In this document: piece by piece, positions 29,901-40,545 of the stretch | Numbering within the stretch: position 1 is the first letter of the stretch | Layout of the letters: every line of letters begins with the position of its first letter | From: Escherichia phage vB_EcoM_JNE01 | Direction: 5' to 3' (one strand) | Length of the DNA stretch: 64,000 nt | Sequence record: OR670491 | The notes under the pieces: generated by a model | What the model was told of the DNA's origin: nothing | What the model saw: only the letters and a program-made list of their open reading frames with translations | The model's database searches: none | Made by a program: the position numbers and the translations under genes

Positions 29901-32900
29901 TAAATCGAAAGAGTTTTTCAATAAAGCTAGTGCTTTACGAACGTTAATCTCTCTATTACTCAATGAACCACTTTCAGTTCTCACAGTATAATCAGCATAC
30001 AACATATCGTTCAATTCAATTGTACTGTTTTCACGTCCAATTGCTTTCCAATATATAGATTCACGTGATTCTGCTTTAATGTAAAGAGTCCATATACCAT
30101 CACTATCAGTAACACGAATTACATCACCGATTTGGTAGTTTTTAGCATTTGCATCATCTAAACTGTCTTCTTGTGTATAAGAAGTTGTGCTACTGTATCC
30201 TTCATCATACCAGTCGGCAAGATTCCAGTACTGAGTCATGTCTAGAGACGTTCCCAATGATTCTTCAAAGTCAGCGTGCTTGATCATTTTGTGTTGACCT
30301 TCACCACGGTTCTCTAATGTGATGGTAACGATGCTACCAGCACTAGATGGGCTATTCATTAGATGAATATAACCGTTAGCGTCAATGTGAACAAAATAAA
30401 CAGAGCTTGTGGTAAGTGGGGTCGGTAATGAGCCGCTTGTACTAACCAGTACTGCATCGTTTTCTTTGAACTTATCACTTTCTGGTGCAATTACTAACTC
30501 ACTATTGTAAGAAAGAACACGGAAAGCAACTTCATTTGGGTTAACTTCAGTTGTTTTAACGTTAAACACTTCAGCCATCACAACTGTATTAGTTGTCATG
30601 TTTTGTGAACGGTAAAAATCATTTGCACTGTCTACAAAAGTACGGCGAGCTTCAATAACATCTTGGAACCATGTTTTATTGGAACCTAAACCATTATCAA
30701 CGGCTGGATATAGCAAATCAATCACACTACCAGACTCGGTTGTTTCTTGGCCTCTTAAAGAGTTCCACATTGAATCCCAAATTGCACTATTGAAGTTATA
30801 ACTGTCACCTTCTTTACATAGTTGATATTGGTCATGTTTGACAACTTCAGTGTTATCCATATAATATGAAATAGTTAGAACACTTGTGTCATCATTCACT
30901 TCAAATTGCATATTGCTTAGAATAAATGAGCTTTCATTGATTGGTGCGAACCAAGGAATGTTTAATTGTGCTGGTTCTTCAATGATTCTCGCAATATCAG
31001 TACAAGACTTAGTTCTGGTATGTAGTGGTGGTACATAAATGGTATCACGTACCCAGAAATAGTATTTTGTAACATAAGAATCAGTTGCACTATCATATTC
31101 CAAAAATGCACTGTAGTTATCTTCCAAAGCAGTACCGCTCGGTAGATACATAGTGTTATTTTTGTTTTTCTTAGCCATATCTTTGCAATATGTTTCCCAG
31201 TTGTATGGTTCAACAGGTGAACATACCCATTCTAGGACATCAATCTTGCTATGTGGTAACAATTTACCCCAGTTGTAGCGTTTGTATTCATTTGTTGCTT
31301 CAACATCCACAACACCGTCTGCATCAAAGATTGGACGAGTATAATCCAAGTAGTATGCAGTACTTGTGTTCCACCAAACCTGACCAACTTTATCAGCACC
31401 CCATGCTTGCAGCAATTCACCATTGCTATTGTACTGAGCAGGGTCAACTGGAGTTGTGTAGTTCACGTTTTGCATTGCCACACCAGGGATAACACCGTTA
31501 ATCGGGTCAAACACGTTAAGGTATAGTGCAGTTACGTTTGTACGGTCATCATAAGTTGTTGGGCGGTCAAACAAGGTACTTTCTGGTGCTTTATAGCTAT
31601 ATTTCTTATCCATATACGCCTGACGGTCTGCGTCAGTACTGAAACGACTCTTATAACGATATAGTTTAGGTTGAGTATCAACATCAGTAAATGTAATGTC
31701 GATTGATGTATCAAACGGAACTACCATCACTTTAGGATCTGTACCAGCAGTGTAATATTGGCTTTCAACAGTTAATGAATCAGGCATAAAGTTTGTTTCA
31801 TCAACGAAATAATAGTATTCACCATCTACCAGTGGAATGTTATCGCTCAAAGTTACTTTACAGAATTGTTCTGCATATGGGTCGTTATTTTCGATAGGTG
31901 TAATACTTAACATCTTAACTTCAGTATCAACTAAATCAAAAATATCCCATAAACCATCAACATCTTTATACATCCATACAGATTCTGGGATTTCACCAGT
32001 TTTGTTCATATATTGAATACGGTCATCGTATGCAGTACTGAATTCTTTAGTGATATATGAAATTTCATCTAAAGAAACTGGGCCAATGTCTGGTAATTGA
32101 ATATTCTCACTTCTTCCACTACGCATAGGGAATGAGAATTTACCATTTGGACGTGTAACCCAACGTGGGTCTGCACCTTGTTCACCAAAGTAAACGATGT
32201 TATTACCGTTTCCATTTGATGTTGCATGAATATCAAAAGAAACTAGTTGTGGTTGTTGTTTAAACTGATCATTGATTAGTTTAAATTGTAGGTTTTTCTT
32301 ACCATCTACGTTACCGTAAGTACCGATTTTAAACGCCCATTCTTGAAGTGCTTTATACTCTTCAGTATCGTAAGACTTAGATACGCGTAATACTTTCTCT
32401 AGTACTTGATTCGAACCTTTATCATGAATAAAACCTTTATAGAAATCTACACGGTTAGCATCGCTACCAATCATACGTTGTAGATAATCACGGGTTTGAT
32501 ATCCAATAAGGTGGTTCGATAGTTCTTGTAATTGAATATCACTAACAGGAGTTTCGCTGTTGTAATACAATTCAAAATCAGTAACTAATTTTTCAAAGGA
32601 AGGTAATGTACCAGCTTCTAGAATGATGAATCCAGGAGCTTGTAGTCTACCAGTCCATGAACCAGTAATGTAACCATACATTTTAATTAGTTCTTGTACG
32701 GAACCGAATGTTGGTTGATAGATATAATCACCGAAGATAGTCTGGTCATCGAAAATAACAGCATGTTCATATGAGCATAGACTCAAACGGATTAGTGCCA
32801 TACGTTTATCCGAATCATCAGTTGTTCTTACAGTGAAGACGTTACCAATGCGAGATGTTTCAATCTCATATTGACGAATACCTTGGTTTTGATCATCAAG

Positions 32901-35900
32901 TAGTGACCATACACCACCGCTATTCTGTGCAATTGATTGTACTGAACCAAAATCTGCACCAAATTTAGCATTTGCTGAACTTGGAGTACAAGAAATGTAT
33001 TCACCACTCACAAGAGTACTTTGACTCCATGTTACGAAATCTTTAGCAATAGTATTCCAGTCTTGTTGAGCACCAGAATCGTTTACATCTTCAAAAATCC
33101 AACCATGTTCTTTTAGATACTCACCATAACCACAAATGAAAGTATATACTTCCTGATAAGTGTTGAATACTTTACCATATTCAATTTCACTTTCATTTTT
33201 CCATTCATTGTAATGAGCAACATTACGGGTTCCAATTTTTAGTGATACTTTCTTGCCGTTCTTAACTGGTAATTTATATTTGAATTTAGCACCAACCAAA
33301 TCATAACCATCAATTTGGTATGCACTACCAGTCCATGTAATTTTCACTGCACTAATTACTTCGTCACGAATATTACTGGAACGAACTAGTCCGATAGTTT
33401 GGTTTTCTTGTGAAATCAGACCAAAAGATTTTGCTGTAAATGTTAGTTGGTCAGCTTTAGTGAAGCCACCAATTTTATGTCCCACGTTAACGTAAGAAGA
33501 ACGAACAACATCACCATATTTTGTAGTAATATTTTTATTTTGATAAGCCAAATAGTCACTAACAAACATTTGATAGCCAACGGTTCTGGTATTATTTTCA
33601 CCATGAACTACTGTAGCACTGTCAAAGTTAATTCGTTTACGGGTTTCACCATAAAGGAACTGTGGTTGACCAGTATATACAGAATTTAGACTGTTATTAC
33701 GGGTATCCCAGTAATAGTTTGCGAACTGTGCTGGTTTAGCTTTATACAATAGAAGCATTTGGTCGTAAGCGAACATAGCAGTGTTCATGTAAGTGAATTC
33801 CATGTCACCCATGTCACCATATGACCACGGTTCAGCACGATGATTCAATGAACCACTAACTAGACCTAGAACTTCAGGAGCGATGTACTCAATCTCACAA
33901 ATATCGATACCAGTGCTTGTCTTAGAGCCTGTTTTTGTAATTTTGAACGGTTGTACACCGAAACGTTTGTATTTGTCGTATTGACCTTTACGTGCACCAT
34001 ATAGGATTGTACCAGTACTGCTATCACCAATGGTTCCGTCAACTGACCATAGGCCACTTGGAACATAATCACCATTTTCGTTTAGTACTAGAGCTTCATA
34101 TACAGCAACTGTATCACTTTCACGTTCACCAACCTGTACATATGTTGGTTCATACTCTTGGTTCCACCATGATGGACGTTGAGAGAATCCTAGCATTTCC
34201 CACGGATGGGTTGCTGGACGATATGTACCGTACTGATCAGTGTAAATTGCACGCCATGAACCACGAGCAGGAATATCAGATACATGACCATCAACTACAT
34301 AATTGGTTCCAGTATAGTTCCATGTTTTCCAGTTACTTTGGACATATGCATTAGTACTGTTACTAATACCGTTGGTAGCAGTAAAGTTAATGTATCCACG
34401 CAATAGTAGAGTTTGTTTCTCTGCCATCGTATAATCAGTTGTCTGGAAATACGGGGTTGGGAATAAATCTTCACTACTTAGTACTGGTTGATAATCTACA
34501 TCTTTGAATACGTTATCAATACTATCAAAAATACGAGATTCCAATTCAAACACAACATCATCCATTTTATCAACACCGTTAATTGCACGATATGATTTGG
34601 AAATAATACCAGTGTGGCTGATATTATAGAAGCTTGATTTGCTACCTGGATTTAGGTATGTAGCTTTTTGTGGTGCATAAGCTTGTAGAATACCTAAGAA
34701 TTGTGGTGTTGGTGGAACAAATGTACGAATAAAACCAGAAGTGCTTGCTACGTTGTCATAATAGAATGGGAATGAACTATCACGTCCCATGTTAATAGCA
34801 CTAAAAATTGCATCTACAATATTAGAAGCACTATTAGCAACAAAGCCACTTGGATCTTCGTCATACATACGAATCATTTGTGTATTGAATTTGTTAATGA
34901 AGCGGAAGTATTCTGCTTGCATAAACATGATAGCTTCAAACAAATCGATATCTTCGTTTGCAGTGTGAGCCATCAATGGAAGCATTGAAGCTTCGTTTTG
35001 AATAATGTGAGTACCGACACCATTATCAACCAACCCAGCAGCTAGACGTTCTTCGTAATCGTTGAAGTCATCAGATGAACCACTTGTAATATTCTTTTGA
35101 ATAATATCCTTGAAATGTAGGGTGTACATTCCTTGGTTGATATAAATGATATTACCGTTGTATGGGTTATTTTGTAAGTTGATTGGAATTTCATATGCAC
35201 CAAGATTCTTATCAGGAGTAATAGTACTGCTATAAGTTCTGATTTGAATAACTGAATCTTCATCTAGTGCAACAGTACTATCGATTGTAATACTTTGAAC
35301 TTGATTTTTGGACACGGTTTTGCTGAAGCTGTTGGTAACTACACCATCAACTGTTAGCTCAATAATGTCATCAGAATTATCAAGTACTTTCTGTGCCAAT
35401 TCAAATGTATGATTGTATTTTACACTTTGAACACCGTCGCCAGTGATAACGTGCCAATCAAGATATGTTTCTTTTTCTGCTTTGTAATATTGGTAAGTGC
35501 GATCCACTTCGATTACATAAGCATACATTCCATCAACTGGTGAACGGAAACTTTCTAGATCGTAAACAGTACTGAATACACGATACATGTCAGTACGGGT
35601 AACTTCTAGAGTTTGTTTAACGAACTGTTTGGAATATTCAGCAGAACGAACCCAGTCAGTTTTTAGGTGCATAGAATTGTCTTCACCGATGACGTTAAAA
35701 TAATACAAACCGTCAATCTCAACTTCTTCACCTAAATGATCATATGTATAACGTTCGGACTGTAGAAAGTTCTCATATGTATAATAGTTGTAATCACCTA
35801 ATTCGATGTTATAACCATATACACCATCAGTTGGATAGTTGTAGTTGATTTTAAATCCAAATAGAGAAGAACCTTTGAAAGTACTGGATGGATAAACGGC

Positions 35901-36998
35901 ACTATCGTTTAGTTTATTACCATTGCGATCATATAATTGGAATTGTGGGAAAAAGTTAACTGTAGGTTTGGCTTGTGCTTGAACCCAATGTGCACCATCC
36001 CAATACATTGAACTATTACCATAGGTATTACCTTTAGTAATTAGAACCACGTCACCTTTAATTGGTTCACCACTTGGACGGTCTTCAGTTTCTTCTTCAG
36101 GATCTAATGCTAGACCATATACGCGTGTACCATCTTGTAATTTTTTAATGTATACTTTATAAATTCGGTTATTCTCACCACTGTTACCAATACTGGTGAA
36201 GAGAATGCGTTGACCATCTTGTGGGATAATCCCGTCAATACGAATACCGGAGTTCACATCTTTTTGAACCATATCTTCTGGTTTGATGGTATCAGAGTAC
36301 AAATCAACTGTACCACGGAATTTAGTACCGTAGTTTAGAAGTTCGATATCTTTATTGAACTCGATAATAGGTGCTTTAGCACGAACGAAACGCTCATCCT
36401 GCATTAGATCTTGGGTTAGTACTGTACCATCCCCTAATGTTTCACCTAGAGTGTACCAGAAGTTTTGTAGGGACCATGTGTTGCCGTTAGTAGCATTACG
36501 TTCCATTACAACATAGTCTGGAGTTTGAATATTGTATTCGTTTTGTGTATCCCAAAGATATGAACTGTAGTTGTTCATTTTGTTTGGGTTAATAGCAGGT
36601 GTCCATGCGTAAAACTTACCAGCAAATAGGCGACTTTCATTATCAGTTAGTGCACCGTAATGATTCATGTAGCCAACGAGGTCATCATAAAATTGAATTG
36701 AACGAATACTGCGGTCATCATTTCTTGAGACGTAAGCAGTGGATAACTGATACAGTTGACGTGCAACTGTTGATTCAGCTAGGAAGATGTTACCTTCAGC
36801 GGCGGGAGAACCCATATCACCAATATAGCCGTCAACCAATTCGTTTTCAGCCGGATTAAACCATTGTTGAATGACATCATCACTTACCTTCTGAATGTCT
36901 TCTAGACCTTGCATCCATTCAGGTAATCTTTTGATGAAAAGTTTTTTCTGTACTGCTTCAGCCGTTTGTGTAGGTTGAAACTTAAAATTATTAGTCAT
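26988..36998 (-). CDS. giant virion structural protein (3336 aa), baseplate/fiber-associated (possibly gp7-position)
   Basis: Uninterrupted ORF of ~10 kb; start placed at second ATG (MTNNFKF) which has TGGAG RBS; located directly downstream of gp6-like gene in baseplate operon; Tyr/Asn/Asp-rich beta-type composition. Confidence 0.7.
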   Translation of the reverse strand: MTNNFKFQPTQTAEAVQKKLFIKRLPEWMQGLEDIQKVSDDVIQQWFNPAENELVDGYIGDMGSPAAEGNIFLAESTVARQLYQLSTAYVSRNDDRSIRSIQFYDDLVGYMNHYGALTDNESRLFAGKFYAWTPAINPNKMNNYSSYLWDTQNEYNIQTPDYVVMERNATNGNTWSLQNFWYTLGETLGDGTVLTQDLMQDERFVRAKAPIIEFNKDIELLNYGTKFRGTVDLYSDTIKPEDMVQKDVNSGIRIDGIIPQDGQRILFTSIGNSGENNRIYKVYIKKLQDGTRVYGLALDPEEETEDRPSGEPIKGDVVLITKGNTYGNSSMYWDGAHWVQAQAKPTVNFFPQFQLYDRNGNKLNDSAVYPSSTFKGSSLFGFKINYNYPTDGVYGYNIELGDYNYYTYENFLQSERYTYDHLGEEVEIDGLYYFNVIGEDNSMHLKTDWVRSAEYSKQFVKQTLEVTRTDMYRVFSTVYDLESFRSPVDGMYAYVIEVDRTYQYYKAEKETYLDWHVITGDGVQSVKYNHTFELAQKVLDNSDDIIELTVDGVVTNSFSKTVSKNQVQSITIDSTVALDEDSVIQIRTYSSTITPDKNLGAYEIPINLQNNPYNGNIIYINQGMYTLHFKDIIQKNITSGSSDDFNDYEERLAAGLVDNGVGTHIIQNEASMLPLMAHTANEDIDLFEAIMFMQAEYFRFINKFNTQMIRMYDEDPSGFVANSASNIVDAIFSAINMGRDSSFPFYYDNVASTSGFIRTFVPPTPQFLGILQAYAPQKATYLNPGSKSSFYNISHTGIISKSYRAINGVDKMDDVVFELESRIFDSIDNVFKDVDYQPVLSSEDLFPTPYFQTTDYTMAEKQTLLLRGYINFTATNGISNSTNAYVQSNWKTWNYTGTNYVVDGHVSDIPARGSWRAIYTDQYGTYRPATHPWEMLGFSQRPSWWNQEYEPTYVQVGERESDTVAVYEALVLNENGDYVPSGLWSVDGTIGDSSTGTILYGARKGQYDKYKRFGVQPFKITKTGSKTSTGIDICEIEYIAPEVLGLVSGSLNHRAEPWSYGDMGDMEFTYMNTAMFAYDQMLLLYKAKPAQFANYYWDTRNNSLNSVYTGQPQFLYGETRKRINFDSATVVHGENNTRTVGYQMFVSDYLAYQNKNITTKYGDVVRSSYVNVGHKIGGFTKADQLTFTAKSFGLISQENQTIGLVRSSNIRDEVISAVKITWTGSAYQIDGYDLVGAKFKYKLPVKNGKKVSLKIGTRNVAHYNEWKNESEIEYGKVFNTYQEVYTFICGYGEYLKEHGWIFEDVNDSGAQQDWNTIAKDFVTWSQSTLVSGEYISCTPSSANAKFGADFGSVQSIAQNSGGVWSLLDDQNQGIRQYEIETSRIGNVFTVRTTDDSDKRMALIRLSLCSYEHAVIFDDQTIFGDYIYQPTFGSVQELIKMYGYITGSWTGRLQAPGFIILEAGTLPSFEKLVTDFELYYNSETPVSDIQLQELSNHLIGYQTRDYLQRMIGSDANRVDFYKGFIHDKGSNQVLEKVLRVSKSYDTEEYKALQEWAFKIGTYGNVDGKKNLQFKLINDQFKQQPQLVSFDIHATSNGNGNNIVYFGEQGADPRWVTRPNGKFSFPMRSGRSENIQLPDIGPVSLDEISYITKEFSTAYDDRIQYMNKTGEIPESVWMYKDVDGLWDIFDLVDTEVKMLSITPIENNDPYAEQFCKVTLSDNIPLVDGEYYYFVDETNFMPDSLTVESQYYTAGTDPKVMVVPFDTSIDITFTDVDTQPKLYRYKSRFSTDADRQAYMDKKYSYKAPESTLFDRPTTYDDRTNVTALYLNVFDPINGVIPGVAMQNVNYTTPVDPAQYNSNGELLQAWGADKVGQVWWNTSTAYYLDYTRPIFDADGVVDVEATNEYKRYNWGKLLPHSKIDVLEWVCSPVEPYNWETYCKDMAKKNKNNTMYLPSGTALEDNYSAFLEYDSATDSYVTKYYFWVRDTIYVPPLHTRTKSCTDIARIIEEPAQLNIPWFAPINESSFILSNMQFEVNDDTSVLTISYYMDNTEVVKHDQYQLCKEGDSYNFNSAIWDSMWNSLRGQETTESGSVIDLLYPAVDNGLGSNKTWFQDVIEARRTFVDSANDFYRSQNMTTNTVVMAEVFNVKTTEVNPNEVAFRVLSYNSELVIAPESDKFKENDAVLVSTSGSLPTPLTTSSVYFVHIDANGYIHLMNSPSSAGSIVTITLENRGEGQHKMIKHADFEESLGTSLDMTQYWNLADWYDEGYSSTTSYTQEDSLDDANAKNYQIGDVIRVTDSDGIWTLYIKAESRESIYWKAIGRENSTIELNDMLYADYTVRTESGSLSNREINVRKALALLKNSFDLHQSTIVFDMVKYVHVEQGVVDWVFKTSYIYIIGLEQSLVQNYSNDNLINQIVEYFEEVKPYRTKIRSQIEQKTSDDDVIKGLCNDLDPNGYILVDGSWVKTEKDIWDYEYAQFSDVTQRWEQIGSLPSDFVTPNRRFQEIDVIMHYDNIQCKPNEDLASLDVLNAVNNKYQSNEKDVVSDFELQRFIYTFPENNSETLDLQVAYQMQILYPSMNITMGAAKAINDWYKENSDNLALTEEFTQNLHRIYAEATNNEVFDDVKHYVQYNTLSNRLKLYTGASNEVIHDEVGCGFSGVTFTDNPSTRLPFGFASSTDYNLGYYEVSSELYKKYVDLIKTANPAFSDEEVRIELEVEYGVYMYKFMEEQTIQDEDGEEVVIEVRRYYTDAVHVLTGMRNLFNKDASNNYEIAEEVLSNNSVQNYAFTMIPRKYVYAKVNDTFVSIPRNQSIDDFIEDIYITTGQAVSLAEINLDDLPQDVNNPMYSDYKQILDGIEGAKYYNDMNSFDNLALESQTATMKWSVQDDEVDPYIIDIRDVNPAERDIGQIRVTIDGYGFDTAAQVQLRDNSRLHVEGMVLINPYNYGQAIISIPSYAKVSNDISATTDKYDEKYFYQVKSVQTQSQMKLVDNSLANGDKVMIFTTDGEDFVRYQNDTWETILSVSKIKTGTTPKLFTVRNNTANGTVELLDSTGAVLMFDNITTNKAGEHAMPLALNLVRIRTFADPEFVVNGVKLYEENRNYAIDAMKYEVFYDTTLDNGSYNDGITSSDIDLWLVSNEIFVVDGVTIDNGYNLPITGSGVLSELVRTRMVDSVEINVFEYDAGLLEPTRNSDGVWVYNYPLVSNAYITAVGSTVTSITMIENEHMTYVSQPSSVSPYSVTNNVLSGAAASLNDVISLGYEKVQVRNANNLLRGAMYSAEHDFKLDETYTFTGMNLGNIDKFKKYGENYLPIELSVYTDSLTISGLDVGRLLKFS

Positions 36999-37032
36999 TG
37001 TTGGACTCCATATAATTCGTTCATTCATTTGA

Positions 37033-37043
37033 TTTATTTATGA
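37033..37043 (-). promoter_or_regulatory. putative late promoter (CATAAATAAAT) for the giant protein gene
   Basis: Minus strand TATCATAAATAAATCAA about 37 nt upstream of the RBS-supported ATG at 36998. Confidence 0.45.
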
Positions 37044-37046
37044 TAT

Positions 37047-37072
37047 AAAAAAGACGTTCCGAAGAACGCCTT
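37047..37072 (-). terminator. intrinsic terminator after gp6-like gene
   Basis: GGCGTTC-ttcg-GAACGTC hairpin followed on minus strand by TTTTTTAT. Confidence 0.5.
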
Positions 37073-37079
37073 AAATGTA

Positions 37080-40000
37080 TTAAGAACCGATATTAATATT
37101 ACTCTTCGCCAAAGAGTTAACAATTTGTACGTTATCAACGGATGCAGTACTTAGGAAGATTTGGTCAGACCTTGAAGGAATTTCAAAGAGTGAACCAAAT
37201 TTGGAGTTAGGGTTTTTAGCCACAATAACGATAGTACTGATATGTCGTCCCAATTGGGAGTGAATGTAAGTACATAAATCCGTATAATAGAAGCTTTCAC
37301 CGAAATCCCAGTTATCAACGTTAAAGTATTCATTAGTTAATGATATTACATTCTGACGTACTTCATCATCACTCATTGTACTGTTAGGTAATTTGACAAC
37401 TTTAAAGTCTGCTTGATAATCTTCAACAGCACTATTTCCGAATAGTGGTAGATACTCCGCACTATGCCAGATGATACTATCGCTGATTACAATCTTCTCT
37501 TCAACTTCTTTGAAGATATCCTTCAACTCAACAGAGGTTGGTGGCTTAGGTAGGCTACTGGTAGCTCCATTCTTCAACCATACATCAACTTCAGTTTTGT
37601 ATGAGTTGGTTAAAACATACATATCGATTAAGTTCGTTCTACTTGGGTCAATACGGTTATCATCTGGTGCATAGTGCTTCCAATGGAAGTCAACGCTAGT
37701 TCTTGCATCAGTTTTTACTGTGTATTGAGACGTTACATCTATATATCCATAGTAATCTAATTTTTGGTCATCATCAACCGCAGTTCCCATGTTATTTAAT
37801 GCACGATAAAACGCAACTTCAGGTGAAACAGCACTGGCATCATCGCTGGTTGTCATATTGGAAATTAATTGGTTCAAACGGTCGTTATTATTACCAACAG
37901 TTTGTTCAATAAAGTAATATTTACCATCTACTTTAAAAGCAACCAAGAATCCTGAACCTTTACTATACAAACCACTTAGTGTAGTTGAACGAATTTCATT
38001 GTTACGCTGGAATTCATGACGCTTATAAGAGTTAGTTTCTAGAAGTGCCTGATCTACTGTGTAAGCCCATGAAGTATCAAGTAAAGTGAAAGTATCATTT
38101 GGTAATGACAGTACTGAAATGGTAAAATCATCGTTTTCTTGGAAAACTAAGATACCACCGTATTTTAATGCATCTTCACCAGTCCATGTAGGTACGATTT
38201 CATTGAACTTATTGGGTTCCAATGGAATACCATTACTATCAACTGTTTTAGATGTAATTACAACACGAGAGCCATCCAAATACCCATTTTCTTGTTGAAT
38301 TGTATCATAGATTTGGAAATCAATGTTACTAGACAACCCAGCATTGCTGGAACTGGTTGTATTTGAAGAAAGAATCTCAATTTTATCACTTTGAACTGTA
38401 CCACTACTAATATCAGTGATTTTCTTAGATGAAACAAAGTAAAAACGAACCTTATCACCACCAACAAAGATATATTCAACGCCGTTAGCATTAAATTCCC
38501 ATGTTTCAGCAGTATATTTCACATTTACTACAACTTGTGTTGTTACACCATTGTATTGTACGGTTTCTTCATTAGTACTAATCTCGATTGGAACCCATGA
38601 AGTTGTTGCGTTATCATGGATTATAACAAAATCCGTTTTCTTGTCAAGCATTGATGCAATCGCCTGTACTTCTACACTGTTAAAACGTGTACGGTACGGA
38701 AGAATGTAAGATTGTGCTTGCATTGTAGATGAAATCGATGTACTTAGAACATAATAACCATTATCAAGTACGTTTACGATACTAGCCCATACAGTTATAC
38801 CAGTATTTGCAAACTTAATCAAGGTTCCCACTTCATAATTTCCATAAACTGTACCAGATGCACCCAAAATACGACCATATGTGTTGGTTGCGTAGTTGGA
38901 ATTGTATTCAGGTGACCATTTTTGTTGAACTTCGATACCAACAGTGTTAGCTGGATATGCCTGATAACGTTGAATCACAGCATTTTCACCAATTAGTGGC
39001 TGGATGTTATCAACTGCGATACTTGCATTGGTTTTTGTAGTCGGTAAAAGTAATGAAGTGTTGAAAGTATTGTTTTCTTTATACATTGAACCGTCATCAC
39101 TAAACACATCAGTGTTTTGGTACTTACCAGTTGGGTCATTAATGTCAATAAAGCGTGATTGACCACTGTAAATTCGGTTAATTGCTTTTGATTTTAGAAC
39201 AGTGTTACCTAAACTCAATGGAGCAATGTTATAGTCTTCGCCGTTAACGAAACGGTTTTGAGTATAGTACATTTGTGGTGCACGAGCTTTAATTTGTTCA
39301 ATAGTTTCTGCACTTTGTGCTCGGTCTGATTCGTACTGAAGTGTAAATCTAACATCGAGAGTACTGGATTCGTAATTGGATTGTGATTTAGTACGATAAT
39401 TATATTTTACACTCTTATTTTGAATTTCAGAGGTTTTGATATTATATGTTTCACCATTACTAACACGATACCAAACGCGGAATGTACCACGAGGAACTAC
39501 ACCACTACGAGAGTCAGGGAACTTAATAGTAATCTGATCATTATCACGAGTAGTTATTGCAAAGATAGTTTTAAGTTGACGGTCAACGCTGTTGTATGCA
39601 ATACTTTCCATTGAAGGAACTTTAGTCCATTTAGTACGGACAATACCATCTTCGTTAATTTCTTGAACCCAAACGTCAATTTCGTTAATGTTATCTACGT
39701 TAACGTCTTGAATTCGGTTTTCTTCTCTGACATTATACTGATAATCTTGATAAGTCAATGTACCTTGTACAAAATAAACAAAGAAACCAGTGTTTGGTGA
39801 ACTAAAACCATTACCATCGTTCTGATAAACAATGTATTTTTGTTCTTGTGGCTCTGGATGACGTTCTTCAACACCAACTGATGTAATATCAGGGTTAACA
39901 ACTTCAAACGTCATTGATTCACCGTTGACAGTTGCAGAGAATGGCATACTAGGAGCAGTCATTGGTAATGTGTTCATGCGATACAATTGGCGAGATACAC

Positions 40001-40541
40001 CATTGATATCAATACGCTTAACTGGGTTACCAAATTGGTTAGTACTGACGAATGAGCTATTCATTACAAGAATAAAGTTCTCATACCAGTTTGAGTCCAT
40101 TGGGTCATTCCAACGGATGATTTTATCTTTTAATGATTCGTTAAAACTGTTACGTACATCTTGGTTAGTTTTGATTTCAGTTAGTTTTGCTGTTGCACGA
40201 CCTGGATATGAACGGCGTGGAGAATAAGAAATCATTTTAGCAAGTTTTAGTACGGATGCACGACGAGTTGCAGTGTCTAGGAAGTTTTCACGTGTATTAA
40301 GATCCATACGAAACGCTAAGTTCTGCCCCAGCATAGATATTGTATCTAGAATAAAAATAAACTGGTCGTTCTCAATCCAGTCGTTGAAAGAATCTGGATA
40401 TGTAGTACGGAGATAGTCTATCATACTTTGACGAATGGTATCGTAATCAAATGCCGTGAGATTAATTTTATAGAAACTTTCATACACTTGAGTCCAATCC
40501 TCACCACTATATAAATTAGACTGTCTTTTTTGTTGTGACAT
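37080..40541 (-). CDS. gp6-like baseplate wedge protein (1153 aa)
   Basis: N-terminal region ...DYDTIRQSMIDYLRTTYPDSFNDWIENDQFIFILDTISMLGQNLAFRMDLNTRENFLDTATRRASVLKLAKMISYSP... parallels the N-terminal domain of T4 gp6 / baseplate J family; position between gp25-like and giant protein. Confidence 0.5.
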   Translation of the reverse strand: MSQQKRQSNLYSGEDWTQVYESFYKINLTAFDYDTIRQSMIDYLRTTYPDSFNDWIENDQFIFILDTISMLGQNLAFRMDLNTRENFLDTATRRASVLKLAKMISYSPRRSYPGRATAKLTEIKTNQDVRNSFNESLKDKIIRWNDPMDSNWYENFILVMNSSFVSTNQFGNPVKRIDINGVSRQLYRMNTLPMTAPSMPFSATVNGESMTFEVVNPDITSVGVEERHPEPQEQKYIVYQNDGNGFSSPNTGFFVYFVQGTLTYQDYQYNVREENRIQDVNVDNINEIDVWVQEINEDGIVRTKWTKVPSMESIAYNSVDRQLKTIFAITTRDNDQITIKFPDSRSGVVPRGTFRVWYRVSNGETYNIKTSEIQNKSVKYNYRTKSQSNYESSTLDVRFTLQYESDRAQSAETIEQIKARAPQMYYTQNRFVNGEDYNIAPLSLGNTVLKSKAINRIYSGQSRFIDINDPTGKYQNTDVFSDDGSMYKENNTFNTSLLLPTTKTNASIAVDNIQPLIGENAVIQRYQAYPANTVGIEVQQKWSPEYNSNYATNTYGRILGASGTVYGNYEVGTLIKFANTGITVWASIVNVLDNGYYVLSTSISSTMQAQSYILPYRTRFNSVEVQAIASMLDKKTDFVIIHDNATTSWVPIEISTNEETVQYNGVTTQVVVNVKYTAETWEFNANGVEYIFVGGDKVRFYFVSSKKITDISSGTVQSDKIEILSSNTTSSSNAGLSSNIDFQIYDTIQQENGYLDGSRVVITSKTVDSNGIPLEPNKFNEIVPTWTGEDALKYGGILVFQENDDFTISVLSLPNDTFTLLDTSWAYTVDQALLETNSYKRHEFQRNNEIRSTTLSGLYSKGSGFLVAFKVDGKYYFIEQTVGNNNDRLNQLISNMTTSDDASAVSPEVAFYRALNNMGTAVDDDQKLDYYGYIDVTSQYTVKTDARTSVDFHWKHYAPDDNRIDPSRTNLIDMYVLTNSYKTEVDVWLKNGATSSLPKPPTSVELKDIFKEVEEKIVISDSIIWHSAEYLPLFGNSAVEDYQADFKVVKLPNSTMSDDEVRQNVISLTNEYFNVDNWDFGESFYYTDLCTYIHSQLGRHISTIVIVAKNPNSKFGSLFEIPSRSDQIFLSTASVDNVQIVNSLAKSNINIGS

Positions 40542-40545
40542 TGTA

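Noticed and set aside
37026-37028. First ATG of the 10-kb ORF as translation start
   Set aside because: It lies only ~7 nt from the promoter-like ATAAATA and has no RBS; the ATG ten codons downstream has a TGGAG RBS
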